Source: Erysipelotrichaceae bacterium
GTDB lineage: Bacteria > Bacillota_I > Bacilli_A > Erysipelotrichales > Erysipelotrichaceae
Length of the DNA: 64,000 nt
Assembly (NCBI GenBank): GCA_013334325.1
Contig: JAAXXT010000007.1
Location: forward strand, 7,983 to 71,982
Direction: 5' to 3'
Shown here: in pieces, positions 9,564-19,055 of the stretch
Numbering within the stretch: the stretch's first letter is position 1
Layout: the number at the start of each line of letters is the position of its first letter
The notes under the pieces: model-generated
Databases searched by the model: none
Told to the model about the DNA's origin: nothing
The model's input: only the letters and a program-made list of their open reading frames with translations
Program-made: the position numbers and the translations under genes

Positions 9564-9899
9564 ATGAAATTCGCAGTTGCCCTTATCGATAACGCCCCAG
9601 CTTTCCACTTTGGGAAAGCCAATGATTTTAAGATTATAACTTTTAATGAAGGAAAAATAGTCTCAACTGAAGAAATCCATGATGAAGTATCCGTTCATCA
9701 AGCACGTCCTCAGTATCTTAAGAATCTTGGTGTAGAAGCTTTGATTTGTAATGGGGTTGGTTCTGGAGCACTTGAGCGTTTAGTTAATCTAGATATCAAA
9801 GTCTATGGCTTTAATGAACTGTCCGTCGGTGAAGCTATTCATCAGTTTACTTTAGGTAATTTGATTGAAAACACAGATGTGTTTGAGTGTAAGTGTTAA
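9564..9899 (+). CDS. NifB/NifX-family (dinitrogenase FeMo-cofactor biosynthesis domain) small protein
   Basis: 111 aa. MKFAVAL..HFGKANDFKIITF..G.IVSTEEI...LGVEALICNGVGSGALERL...IKVY matches the small NifX/NifB-C-terminal domain pattern. SD AGGAG. Confidence 0.65.
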   Translation: MKFAVALIDNAPAFHFGKANDFKIITFNEGKIVSTEEIHDEVSVHQARPQYLKNLGVEALICNGVGSGALERLVNLDIKVYGFNELSVGEAIHQFTLGNLIENTDVFECKC

Positions 9900-9903
9900 G
9901 CTA

Positions 9904-10374
9904 ATGCAGCTTTATGTGATTGTAAAAACACAAGGTAGATGGGCAAATGGTAGTTCAGAAGCCATCTTAAGAAAACTCTGTGATCTCATCGATCTCAAAG
10001 AAGTTTTGGTATACACCTCAGGTAAACCCCATTTTTTAAATGATAAGCTTTTTGTCAGTGTTTCTCATTCTGAGAATTTAATGGTGATTGCTTTTGATTC
10101 ATCAGAAATTGGGATCGATATTGAGAAAAACAGAGACATCAAAAAGGAAGTTATCGATCGAGTTACTTTAGATGAAAAGGATCCTTTATTGGATTGGTGT
10201 CAAAGAGAAGCTACGATCAAACTATGCAATGATCCTGAGTATCTCTTTAAAAAAGCACCTAGTGAAACAACTTTCAAAACAGAACAAGTCTATGATGGAT
10301 TCACTTGTGTGATCGCCTCTAAAAAGCCCGTATCTAAAGTAAGTCTTTATCATCTCAAAGAATCTTCATTATAA
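9904..10374 (+). CDS. 4'-phosphopantetheinyl transferase, short Sfp-type
   Basis: 156 aa from the ATG at 9904, which is 5 nt after the upstream stop. SGKPHF...FVSVSHSENLMVIAFDSSEIGIDIE and WCQREATIKL match the PPTase GKP / SHS / GIDIE / W..KE..K motifs. The start is uncertain because no clear SD is present. Confidence 0.7.
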   Translation: MQLYVIVKTQGRWANGSSEAILRKLCDLIDLKEVLVYTSGKPHFLNDKLFVSVSHSENLMVIAFDSSEIGIDIEKNRDIKKEVIDRVTLDEKDPLLDWCQREATIKLCNDPEYLFKKAPSETTFKTEQVYDGFTCVIASKKPVSKVSLYHLKESSL

Positions 10375-10375
10375 A

Positions 10376-10407
10376 AGCACTGAATAAATCAACTCAGTGC
10401 TTTTTTT
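10376..10407. terminator. bidirectional terminator between the convergent PPTase and plsC genes
   Basis: AGCACTGA (10376-10383) / 10-nt loop / TCAGTGCT (10394-10401) with T-runs on both strands. It overlaps the last codons of plsC. Confidence 0.65.
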
Positions 10408-11075
10408 ATATTGGATTCGATTTGATCATGGATCTTAGTTGCCATATCTACATAAGGGATATCTTTATACTCAACATATGGGATAGGCTCATCATAGATA
10501 ACTTCTAAAGTATGTTTTAGTTGTCCCATCTTATCCATCTCATGGGTATGTATCTGAGTCACAGGAACGATTGAAACTTTAGCCAAATAGGCAGGAAGCA
10601 AAGCACCTGGTTTAAAAGCGAGTAGTTCATTGCTTCTAGAACGAGTACCTTCTGGAAAGATCAAGATAGAACGATCCTCTTTTAGTACACGAGCACTTTG
10701 TCTAAGCATCGTTACGTTCGCATCGAAATCTTCTCGTTTAAAGGTAATAAATTCGATGAGTCTTCCCCACTTACCGATCACAGGCAACTTAAGATTTTCT
10801 TCTTTTGAGATAAAAGTCATAGGATTCTTAGCCAAAGCCATTAGTAAGATTGGATCAAATTGACCTTGATGGTTACTTACATAATATACGGTCTCATTAT
10901 GAAGATCAGATCGATAAGTAGCTTTTATCTCGATTTTCAAATAGACAAAAAACTTCTCACACCATCCTTTTAAAGTAAACCATCGTTGATCAAAGGTTCT
11001 GTGTTTTTGTTTAAGTGATGAGATATAGACAGGAAACAATAGTAGGGCAAATTTAAGCCATTGAATGAGCTTCAT
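10389..11075 (-). CDS. plsC: 1-acyl-sn-glycerol-3-phosphate acyltransferase
   Basis: 228 aa. NHQGQFD (HX4D) and FPEGTRS motifs plus an N-terminal membrane anchor. Last gene of the fab operon. Confidence 0.85.
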   Translation of the reverse strand: MKLIQWLKFALLLFPVYISSLKQKHRTFDQRWFTLKGWCEKFFVYLKIEIKATYRSDLHNETVYYVSNHQGQFDPILLMALAKNPMTFISKEENLKLPVIGKWGRLIEFITFKREDFDANVTMLRQSARVLKEDRSILIFPEGTRSRSNELLAFKPGALLPAYLAKVSIVPVTQIHTHEMDKMGQLKHTLEVIYDEPIPYVEYKDIPYVDMATKIHDQIESNIKKALS

Positions 11076-11076
11076 T

Positions 11077-11508
11077 TTATAAACCTACTTTGAATATAAG
11101 ATCTCCACTCGCAACCACCTGTCCTCTTACACTGGCCTTTGCGCTCGCAAATCCGACAGGACCACGTTGTTTGGTTAAGGTGACCTCTAAACTTAAGACA
11201 TCACCCGGTATGACAGGTGCTTTAAAACGAACATTCTCCATTCCCGCAAAGTAAGCGATCTTACCTTTATAGCCTTCTTGGGATAAAAGCAAGACTGCGC
11301 CTGTTTGAGCCAAGGCTTCCATGATGAGGACTCCAGGCATGATGTGTTGTTGAGGAAAATGACCCATAAAATGCATTTCATTGGCACTTACACATTTTGT
11401 CCCAATAATGGTTACGTTATCAGTGATGGATTCGATCGTATCCACCAGTAAAAAAGGATATCGATGGGGAATGATCTCTTGGATTTGATTAGAGTTATAC
11501 AGCATCAT
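11077..11508 (-). CDS. fabZ: 3-hydroxyacyl-ACP dehydratase
   Basis: IPHRYPFLLVD and HFPQQHIMPGVL motifs. The start is placed at the ATG pair 11508/11505 overlapping the fabF TGA (GGGAGGG SD). The track start 11520 is too close to the SD. Confidence 0.9.
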   Translation of the reverse strand: MMLYNSNQIQEIIPHRYPFLLVDTIESITDNVTIIGTKCVSANEMHFMGHFPQQHIMPGVLIMEALAQTGAVLLLSQEGYKGKIAYFAGMENVRFKAPVIPGDVLSLEVTLTKQRGPVGFASAKASVRGQVVASGDLIFKVGL

Positions 11509-12746
11509 TGACCCTCCCATCGTTTAAGTACGATGGAGGCATTATGACCTCCAAAACCTAATGAATTACTCATGACGTATTTTAGATCCGCATTTCTAGG
11601 TGTATTGGCGACGATGTCTAGATCACACAAAGGATCTGATGTTACATGACCGATCGTTGCGGGTATGATCCCATCTTGAAGTGCTTTGACACAGATGACT
11701 GCTTCTACAGCACCTGATGCCCCTAAAAGATGACCCGTAGATGATTTCGTAGATGAAATAGGTATTTGATAAGCATGTTCTTTAAATACGTTTTTAACGG
11801 CTAAGGTTTCTGTTTTATCGTTGAGAGGAGTTGAAGTCCCGTGGGCATTGATATAATCGATATCGCTTACTTTGAGTTTCGCATCTTCTATAGCTAAACT
11901 CATCGCATAAGCTCCCATCGAGCCATCTTCTAATGGAGCAGTAATATGATTGGCGTCACATGATGTCCCATATCCTACCATTTCTCCATAGATGCGTGCC
12001 TTACGAGCCATCGCATGTTCAAGTTCTTCTAACACTAAAACAGCTGCCCCTTCTCCCATGACGAAACCAGATCGATTCGCATCAAATGGAATGGAGGCGT
12101 GAAGAGGATCTTGACCTTCATGAAGAGCTCTCATGACCATAAATCCTGCAATACCTAAAGGTGTGATCGCAGCTTCTGATCCTCCAGCCAGCATGATATC
12201 TTGATACCCATCTCTGATCTTATGGAAAGCTTCTCCGATCGCATTGGTTCCTGCAGCACAAGCCGTTACGATGGCACTACAATGACCCTGAGCTTGGGCA
12301 TCTATCGCAACTTGTCCAGCCGCTAAATTGATCAAAGTCATGGGGATAAAGAAAGGTGAGATTCTTGATGGACCTCTTTCTTTAAGAGAATTATTCGCAT
12401 TCTCTAAAGATTGAAGACCTCCTATACCAGAACCAATAATTACCCCATAGCGTCTTTTATCTAGAGTTAGTGGATCAAGTACCGCATCAGTGATGGCTTG
12501 TTTAGCTGCGATTCGCGCAAAAGCAGTAAAACGATCGTTAAATTTAAGTTCGCGTGCACTAAAGTAAGACTCCATATCAAGACCCTTTACTTCCGCAGCC
12601 AACTTCGTTTTATATTCGGTGGTATCAAAAGCAGTAATGAAGTCTATACCACATTTACCTGCTTGAATAGAATCCCACAGTTCAGATACAGTATTTCCTA
12701 TGGGTGAAACGGCACCCATTCCGGTAATGACGACTCTTCTTGTCAT
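11505..12746 (-). CDS. fabF: 3-oxoacyl-ACP synthase II
   Basis: 413 aa. RRVVITGMGAVSPIG, the active-site ACAAG region, the HGTSTP and GHLLGASG His motifs, and a NSLGFGGHN C-terminus. Confidence 0.95.
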   Translation of the reverse strand: MTRRVVITGMGAVSPIGNTVSELWDSIQAGKCGIDFITAFDTTEYKTKLAAEVKGLDMESYFSARELKFNDRFTAFARIAAKQAITDAVLDPLTLDKRRYGVIIGSGIGGLQSLENANNSLKERGPSRISPFFIPMTLINLAAGQVAIDAQAQGHCSAIVTACAAGTNAIGEAFHKIRDGYQDIMLAGGSEAAITPLGIAGFMVMRALHEGQDPLHASIPFDANRSGFVMGEGAAVLVLEELEHAMARKARIYGEMVGYGTSCDANHITAPLEDGSMGAYAMSLAIEDAKLKVSDIDYINAHGTSTPLNDKTETLAVKNVFKEHAYQIPISSTKSSTGHLLGASGAVEAVICVKALQDGIIPATIGHVTSDPLCDLDIVANTPRNADLKYVMSNSLGFGGHNASIVLKRWEGQ

Positions 12747-12755
12747 GGTGTTACC

Positions 12756-13493
12756 TCACATGGCCATTCCGCCATCCACTTGGATGACTTGACCGCTGAT
12801 ATACGATGCCTTATCACTGGCTAGAAACAATGCACAATCTGCGATATCTCTAGGTGATCCAAATCTTCCTAAAGGAATCTGTTTAAGGATATTATTCTTA
12901 ACTTCTTCGCTTAAGACATTTGTCATCTTCGTTTGGATAAAACCAGGTGCGATCGCATTGACTGTGATATTTCTTGAGGCAAATTCACGCGCAAGAGATT
13001 TACTAAAAGCGATGATCCCTCCTTTAGAAGCGGCATAATTGGCTTGACCTGCATTACCTAGAATTCCGATCACCGAAGACATATTGATGATACGTCCTGA
13101 CTTCGCTTTCAACATATGTTTAGAGACATGAGAAACAGTATTGAAGGCCCCTTTTAGATTAACAGCGATGACTTCATCAAAATCATTCTCTTTCATACGT
13201 AAGATCAATCCATCTTTTGTAATACCTGAGTTATTGATCAAGACATCGATCTTAGAGAAGGTTTCTATCGTTTTTTGAACCATTTGTCCAACTGCCTCAT
13301 AATTAGAGACATCACATCCGATCACTAAGGTTTGTGCCCCTAAACTTTGACACACTTCGCTTACCTCAAGGGCAGCTTTCTCAGAAGATGCATAATTGAT
13401 GACCACATCATATCCAGCTTCAGCGAAGCTTAAGGCCAATTGTTTTCCTATCCCATTACTAGATCCAGTAATCAAGGCAACAGGTCTACTCAT
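12756..13493 (-). CDS. fabG: 3-oxoacyl-ACP reductase
   Basis: 245 aa SDR. TGSSNGIG cofactor motif, NNSGI, YAASKGG catalytic YxxxK. Confidence 0.95.
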   Translation of the reverse strand: MSRPVALITGSSNGIGKQLALSFAEAGYDVVINYASSEKAALEVSEVCQSLGAQTLVIGCDVSNYEAVGQMVQKTIETFSKIDVLINNSGITKDGLILRMKENDFDEVIAVNLKGAFNTVSHVSKHMLKAKSGRIINMSSVIGILGNAGQANYAASKGGIIAFSKSLAREFASRNITVNAIAPGFIQTKMTNVLSEEVKNNILKQIPLGRFGSPRDIADCALFLASDKASYISGQVIQVDGGMAM

Positions 13494-14403
13494 GTGTTAG
13501 TTCTCCTTTGATTTTTTCTATTGAAGCTAAAGACTCTACTGAATAAACGACCACTGTTGGATCGATCTGCTTCACAAGACCAGCCAAGCTTCTTCCTGGA
13601 CCTATCTCGATGAAGGTATCAAATCCATCTTGGATCATATTTTGGATCGTCTTGACCCATTGGACCCTGTGACAGATCTGTCGGGTCAATGCCTCAACGA
13701 GATCTGTTTCTCTTTGTCCACTCACATTGAAGTAAACAGGAATGTGTGGTGAAACCAAACTAACACTACGTAGATGTGATCTCAATTGAAGTGAGGCATC
13801 TTTTAATAAACTACTGTGAAACGCCCCAGATACTTTTAATGGGATAAGACGAGTGATTCCCTTTTCTTTAAGGGTATTCTCAACTTCTCTTAACGCTTCA
13901 AGTTCTCCACTTAAGACATATTGAGATGGAGAATTATAGTTGGCGATCTCTACGATCCCCTTCTTATTCTCTTTTAAGGTTTCTAAGATGAGATCCAGTT
14001 TATCGCTTAAGACAGCCGTCATTGAGCTTGTCCCTTGAGGTAAAGCATTGGCCATCAACTGACCTCGTGTTCTAACCAAAGGTAAAGCTTGTGTGAGACT
14101 GAGTGCCTTTGCGTAAGTCAAGGCACTGTATTCACCTAAACTTAAGCCTGCGACAGCTTCTGCCTTAAAACCTTCCTCATCAAGCGCAGATGCGATCGCT
14201 AAGCAAGTCACCAATAAACAGACTTGGGTATAGGCTGTATCGTTGAGGACCTCTTCAGGTCCTTCAAAAGTGATCTTTTTTAAATCAAAATCAGTAGTGG
14301 CTTGATCAAAGATGGCTCTTGAGGATGTGTAGTTGTCGTAAACTTCTTTGCCCATTCCAACTTTTTGAGCTCCTTGACCCACAAATAGATACGCTAGTTT
14401 CAT
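13486..14403 (-). CDS. fabD: malonyl CoA-ACP transacylase
   Basis: 305 aa. FVGQGAQ, GLSLGEYSAL (active-site Ser), GAFHS. Confidence 0.95.
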   Translation of the reverse strand: MKLAYLFVGQGAQKVGMGKEVYDNYTSSRAIFDQATTDFDLKKITFEGPEEVLNDTAYTQVCLLVTCLAIASALDEEGFKAEAVAGLSLGEYSALTYAKALSLTQALPLVRTRGQLMANALPQGTSSMTAVLSDKLDLILETLKENKKGIVEIANYNSPSQYVLSGELEALREVENTLKEKGITRLIPLKVSGAFHSSLLKDASLQLRSHLRSVSLVSPHIPVYFNVSGQRETDLVEALTRQICHRVQWVKTIQNMIQDGFDTFIEIGPGRSLAGLVKQIDPTVVVYSVESLASIEKIKGELTHE

Positions 14404-15461
14404 ATCATCACCGCCTTTATCTCATTCATCAGTTCATCGATCAACGCATGAACTGAAACGATCTTTTCGATTCGATACCCATTGGTCCCCGTGAAGACCA
14501 ACCCATGATCGACATCCCCAGAAACTGCATTGATCAAAGCTTCGGTGATACAATAAGGTGTCGTCGCAGGTTTACAAGGTCTAAGACAATTTACACATTG
14601 AATAGGTGGGATCCTTTGAGTTCTCATCAAGGTCACAAACTCATTGACGATCGCTCTTCCTGGATATCCAGAAGGACTGATCACGAAATCAATGTCTTCT
14701 TTCTTCGCACTAAGAAACATTTGTTTAAAGTTCTCATGGGCATCACATTCAAAAGTCGCAATAAAACGAGTCGCCATTTGAACTGCAGCTGCACCTTTTT
14801 TTAGAAAAGCAGCGATATCAGTTCCTGTATAGATCCCTCCAGCAACCACCAAAGGTATATTTTGGCCTAGATCTTCCAAAGCTTTTTTACAATCCTCAAA
14901 AATCGATTCTAGAGTTTGTTCACTATGAGCTTTTAGTTCATCCCATGAGAAACCGAGATGACCTCCCGCCAAAGGACCTTCGATGATGATAAAGTCAGGG
15001 TATCTTAGATAACGCTGAAACCATCTTCGACACAGTAGATACGCCGCTTTACCTGAAGATACAATAGGAGCCAAAGCGATGTCTTCATTTTTTATTAAGT
15101 TTGGCAATTCTAATGGTAAACCTGCCCCAGAGATGATCACATCGATATCCAACAACCCAATCTCAGTGGCGTAACGATCATACTGTTGAGCTGCCACCAT
15201 AATGTTGACACCCAATAGACCTTTACCTTGAGCTATTTCTCGTGCTTTTTTGATTTCTGCTTTTAAAGCTTTGATGTTGGCTGTGAATGGATCACGTTTA
15301 AAATCTGGATCTCGATAACCTGGTTGGGCTGCAGAGATCACACCCATTCCACCCTCTTTCATCACATGACCCGCTAAATTGCCTAAAGATACGCCAATAC
15401 CCATACCCCCTTGAATGATGGGAATATCTAAATGTTTCCCCTTGAAGTGGAGAAAACTCAT
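14400..15461 (-). CDS. nitronate monooxygenase / FabK-like FMN oxidoreductase (second, longer paralogue)
   Basis: 353 aa. IPIIQGGMGIGVS N-terminus and GPLAGGH motif typical of the NMO/FabK TIM-barrel family. Extra Cys-rich tail (CVNCLRPCKP). ATGA overlaps on both sides. Confidence 0.7.
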   Translation of the reverse strand: MSFLHFKGKHLDIPIIQGGMGIGVSLGNLAGHVMKEGGMGVISAAQPGYRDPDFKRDPFTANIKALKAEIKKAREIAQGKGLLGVNIMVAAQQYDRYATEIGLLDIDVIISGAGLPLELPNLIKNEDIALAPIVSSGKAAYLLCRRWFQRYLRYPDFIIIEGPLAGGHLGFSWDELKAHSEQTLESIFEDCKKALEDLGQNIPLVVAGGIYTGTDIAAFLKKGAAAVQMATRFIATFECDAHENFKQMFLSAKKEDIDFVISPSGYPGRAIVNEFVTLMRTQRIPPIQCVNCLRPCKPATTPYCITEALINAVSGDVDHGLVFTGTNGYRIEKIVSVHALIDELMNEIKAVMI

Positions 15462-16402
15462 TGAAGTGCCTCTAGTTTAGTGTTTAATAGTTTTGCTTGT
15501 TTCTTAGCGTCATTGACCATGTTTTCAAAGATGGTCGCTAAAGGTTTGATTTCTTTAACCATACCAGCGATTTGTCCCATCATGACAGAGCCATTCTCCA
15601 TATCTCCATCAAAGACAGCTTTACGTAAAGAACCTAAGGTCAACTTTTCGAGTTCTTCTCTATTGGCACCTTCTTTTTCTAGCTTGATGTATTTTTGAGA
15701 CATACTATTTTTCTTGATTCTGACAGGAGCTGAAACAGATCTTCCTGTGACAACAGTATCTGTATCCTTCGCATCCATGATGGCTTGTTTATAGTTCATA
15801 TGAACAGGACATTCTTCCGCAACCAATAAACAAGTTCCTACTTGAACACCTATAGCGCCAAGTGATAAAGCCGCATTGAAACCACGTCCATCCGCAATTC
15901 CTCCAGCCGCAATGACTGGAATCTTTAATGCGTCGACGACTTGAGGCACCAAAGCCATCGTCGTCAATTCCCCAACGTGACCTCCTGATTCAGTCCCTTC
16001 AACGATGACCATATCAGCTCCTGCTTGTTGCATACGGATCGCTAAAGCGACTGTAGGAACGATAGGAACCACCATAATACCTAGTTCTTTTAAACGAGGG
16101 ATATATTTGCCTGGATTACCTGCACCTGTGGTGACAAGGGCTGGTTTTAATTCAGCGATGAGTTCAAAAATAGCTTCAGTGTGAGGATTCATCATCATCA
16201 CGTTCACCCCAAAAGGTTTATCCGTTAATTCTCTACATTTTAAGATGGCAGCTCGTGCGACATCCGCTGGCCAAGCACCAGTCCCTATGATGCCTAAAGC
16301 ACCACTATTACTTACAGCAGCTGCGAATTCAGCGGTGGCGATATTGGCCATAGCTCCTTGTACGATAGGATACTTGATCCCTAACATTTCATTTAACAAC
16401 AT
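15458..16402 (-). CDS. fabK: enoyl-ACP reductase II
   Basis: 314 aa. LGIKYPIVQGAMANIA, IVEGTESGGHVG and AAGGIADGRG match canonical FabK. AGGAGG SD 8 nt upstream. Confidence 0.85.
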   Translation of the reverse strand: MLLNEMLGIKYPIVQGAMANIATAEFAAAVSNSGALGIIGTGAWPADVARAAILKCRELTDKPFGVNVMMMNPHTEAIFELIAELKPALVTTGAGNPGKYIPRLKELGIMVVPIVPTVALAIRMQQAGADMVIVEGTESGGHVGELTTMALVPQVVDALKIPVIAAGGIADGRGFNAALSLGAIGVQVGTCLLVAEECPVHMNYKQAIMDAKDTDTVVTGRSVSAPVRIKKNSMSQKYIKLEKEGANREELEKLTLGSLRKAVFDGDMENGSVMMGQIAGMVKEIKPLATIFENMVNDAKKQAKLLNTKLEALQ

Positions 16403-16414
16403 GTTTCTTTCCTC

Positions 16415-17389
16415 CTAGAGTTCAATCAACGACGATGCCCAAATCAATCCAGCCCCAAATCCAACCAATAAGACATGCATATCTTTATGGATCAAACCTT
16501 TCGCTTTGGCTTGAGCGAAAGCGATTGGTATACTCGCAGATGAGGTATTCCCAAATTCATCCATATTCATCACAAACTTCGATAAAGGAAAATTCATTTT
16601 ATCGGCCACATGGCCTAGTATTCTCGCATTCGCTTGATGAGGTATGATCAGATCGATCTCATCTAGTGAAAGATTACTTTTAAGTATTACTTGTCTAATC
16701 GCATCTTCCACCGCTCTTATCGCAAAACGGAAGACAGCTTGACCTTTCATTCGTAGATAAGGCGTTTCACCTTGGATGTTTTTAAGAGAAGCGTTTAAGC
16801 TTAAGCCATCTGTAGATAAGGTATCTTCTAGATCACCTTGTGTATTGACGAAGTGTGTCCAAGGATGTGCATTAGATGAAGATGAAACTAAGAAAGCTCC
16901 TGCCCCATCTCCAAATAAGACAGCTGTACCTCGATCGGTATAATCTAAGATCTTACTAAGGGTCTCACTTCCAATGATCAAGGCCGTGGTGACTTGAGCA
17001 CTTTGAATCAAAGCATCCACAGTTTGTAGGGCTAAAAGAAATCCACTACAGGCCCCATTAAGATCAAACACCATCATACGTTGATGACTTAGGTTCAATT
17101 TCGCTTGAACCAAAGCCGCAGTACAAGGCATCATCGCATCAGGAGTCAAGGTCGCAACGATGATACAATCGATCACTTTTGGATCGATATGAGCGTCATC
17201 GATGGCTTTTAGGGCAGCCCTTACCGCGAGATCTGAGGTATTCTCATCTTTTGAGATATAACGTGTTTTAATGCCTGTTCTTTCGGTGATCCACTCATCG
17301 TTGGTATCGATAACTTTTGAAAGATCATCATTGCTTACTTTATTGTCTGGAACCGCATATCCTACGCCTAAGATCACAGGATGACTCAT
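16415..17389 (-). CDS. fabH: 3-oxoacyl-ACP synthase III
   Basis: 324 aa. Active-site NGACSGF, HQANARI, GNTSSASIP motifs. Confidence 0.95.
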   Translation of the reverse strand: MSHPVILGVGYAVPDNKVSNDDLSKVIDTNDEWITERTGIKTRYISKDENTSDLAVRAALKAIDDAHIDPKVIDCIIVATLTPDAMMPCTAALVQAKLNLSHQRMMVFDLNGACSGFLLALQTVDALIQSAQVTTALIIGSETLSKILDYTDRGTAVLFGDGAGAFLVSSSSNAHPWTHFVNTQGDLEDTLSTDGLSLNASLKNIQGETPYLRMKGQAVFRFAIRAVEDAIRQVILKSNLSLDEIDLIIPHQANARILGHVADKMNFPLSKFVMNMDEFGNTSSASIPIAFAQAKAKGLIHKDMHVLLVGFGAGLIWASSLIEL

Positions 17390-18189
17390 ATCTTTACCCC
17401 GATGTCTCTAAACTTCTTATAACGTTGATCCAGTAAAGTAGATGTCTTTAATTTACGTAAAGCTGAAAGATCATTTCTTATTTCATTTTTCATCGCAGTA
17501 ATTACGAATGATTTATTGTTTTCAAAGCCTTCTGTAGGTTCCATGATGATCTTATCGATGATGCCTTTAGCGTAGAGATCATAGGCTGTACACTCCATAA
17601 GTTCAGCTGCTTCTTGAGCTCTGCTTTCGTCTTTCCAAAGGATAGACGCAAAGCCTTCTGGGGATAGGATCGAATAGATCGCATTCTCTAGCATATACAA
17701 TCGATCCGCAACGCTTAATGCTAAAGCACCTCCACTACCTCCTTCTGATAAGACAAAGGTAATGACAGGGACCTTGATCGATGAGAAGAGTTTAAGTGAG
17801 CTCGCAATGGCTTCTGCTTGACCTCTCTCTTCAGCCCCTTTTCCAGGAAAGGCCCCAGCTGTATCGACGATACATACGATGGGACGATTGAATTTCTCGG
17901 CTTGTTTCGCTAAACGCATGGCTTTACGATAGCCTTCAGGATGAGCCATCCCAAAATGACAAGCCATATTTTCTTCTAGATTTCTACCTTTAGATTGAGC
18001 TAAGACAGTGACAGGTATCCCTTCAAAAAAAGCAAGACCTGAAACTATGGCTTTATCATCCCCATAAGCACGATCTCCAGAGAGTTCAAAGAATTCATCA
18101 AAGAGATAAGGAATCAAATCTAAAGCTTTAGGACGATCTGTTTTACGGGCATTGAGGACTCTTTGCCAAGCTGAATTTTTTTGGGTCAT
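17386..18189 (-). CDS. accA: acetyl-CoA carboxylase carboxyltransferase alpha subunit
   Basis: 267 aa. DTAGAFPGKGAEERGQAEAIA and GEGGSGGALA motifs. Confidence 0.9.
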   Translation of the reverse strand: MTQKNSAWQRVLNARKTDRPKALDLIPYLFDEFFELSGDRAYGDDKAIVSGLAFFEGIPVTVLAQSKGRNLEENMACHFGMAHPEGYRKAMRLAKQAEKFNRPIVCIVDTAGAFPGKGAEERGQAEAIASSLKLFSSIKVPVITFVLSEGGSGGALALSVADRLYMLENAIYSILSPEGFASILWKDESRAQEAAELMECTAYDLYAKGIIDKIIMEPTEGFENNKSFVITAMKNEIRNDLSALRKLKTSTLLDQRYKKFRDIGVKI

Positions 18190-19055
18190 GAGCTCACCTT
18201 ATGCATCAAGATCAAGTTAGATAAGGTCGTTTTAAGATCCTTACGATGAACGATCGCATCGATGAAACCTTTTTCTAATAAGAACTCAGATTTTTGAAAA
18301 GCTTCAGGAAGTTGTTCATTCATGGTTTTTTCAATAACACGTCTACCCGCAAAACCAATCAAGGCTTTAGGTTCAGCTATGATGATATCGCCTAACATCG
18401 CAAAACTCGCAGAGACCCCTCCTGTGGTAGGATGGGTCAATACACTGATATAAAGACCCCCATGTTCATCAAAACGAGCTAAAGCAGAGGCTGTCTTTGA
18501 CATTTGAAATAAAGATAAAATGCCTTCTTGCATACGAGCTCCTCCTGACGCACTTAAGATGATCAATGGATATTTCTTTTTATCTGCCACTTCGATCAAA
18601 CGAGTGATCTTCTCTCCTACGATCTGTCCCATCGATCCCATAATAAAACGGGCATCCATAATGGCCAAGGCGACTGTTTTTCCGTTGATCTCAGCGATGC
18701 CTGTAGTCACAGCTTCTTGTAGACCAGTACTGTCTTGAGCTTTCGCGATTTTCTTTTGATACTCAGGAAAATCATTGATCTTATTGCTTTTGGCACTTCG
18801 ATATAGCTCTTTAAAGCTTTTCTCATCGACCAACTGAGCGATTCTTTCTTGTACTCCCAATGAGAAATGAAAATTACAGTTAGGACATACTGATAAATGA
18901 ACCTTGAGATCATATTGAGATATCGGTGTATTACAAGATGGACACATTAAAGGTGTTGAATCTTGAGTATTTTTTAAATCCGTTTTATCGACTTTCGTAA
19001 AAAGCTTTTGAAAAAGATTGAGCCGTTCTTTACGTTTGTAGAATTGAGTGTTCAC
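18186..19055 (-). CDS. accD: acetyl-CoA carboxylase carboxyltransferase beta subunit
   Basis: Zn-ribbon CPSCN...CPNCNFH and GGARMQEG motifs. There is no ATG between the ATG at 19169 (140 nt inside accC) and the Met just before CPSC. An in-frame GTG at 19055 preceded by AAGGAG (10-nt spacer) gives a 289-aa product of typical size. The start is an inference. Confidence 0.85.
   Translation of the reverse strand: MNTQFYKRKERLNLFQKLFTKVDKTDLKNTQDSTPLMCPSCNTPISQYDLKVHLSVCPNCNFHFSLGVQERIAQLVDEKSFKELYRSAKSNKINDFPEYQKKIAKAQDSTGLQEAVTTGIAEINGKTVALAIMDARFIMGSMGQIVGEKITRLIEVADKKKYPLIILSASGGARMQEGILSLFQMSKTASALARFDEHGGLYISVLTHPTTGGVSASFAMLGDIIIAEPKALIGFAGRRVIEKTMNEQLPEAFQKSEFLLEKGFIDAIVHRKDLKTTLSNLILMHKVSS

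Noticed and set aside
11193-11387. Same-strand alternative-frame ORFs inside larger genes (11193-11387, 17502-17684, 18707-18913, 27596-27811, 31299-31484, 42323-42523, 52378-52572, 59373-59576)
   Set aside because: Each is nested out of frame in a well-supported CDS and has neither an SD nor a recognisable motif. They are treated as chance ORFs.
14400-15461. Calling the longer FabK paralogue a pseudogene or duplication remnant
   Set aside because: The frame is intact over 353 codons with conserved FMN-barrel motifs, and it is translationally coupled on both sides, so it is likely functional.
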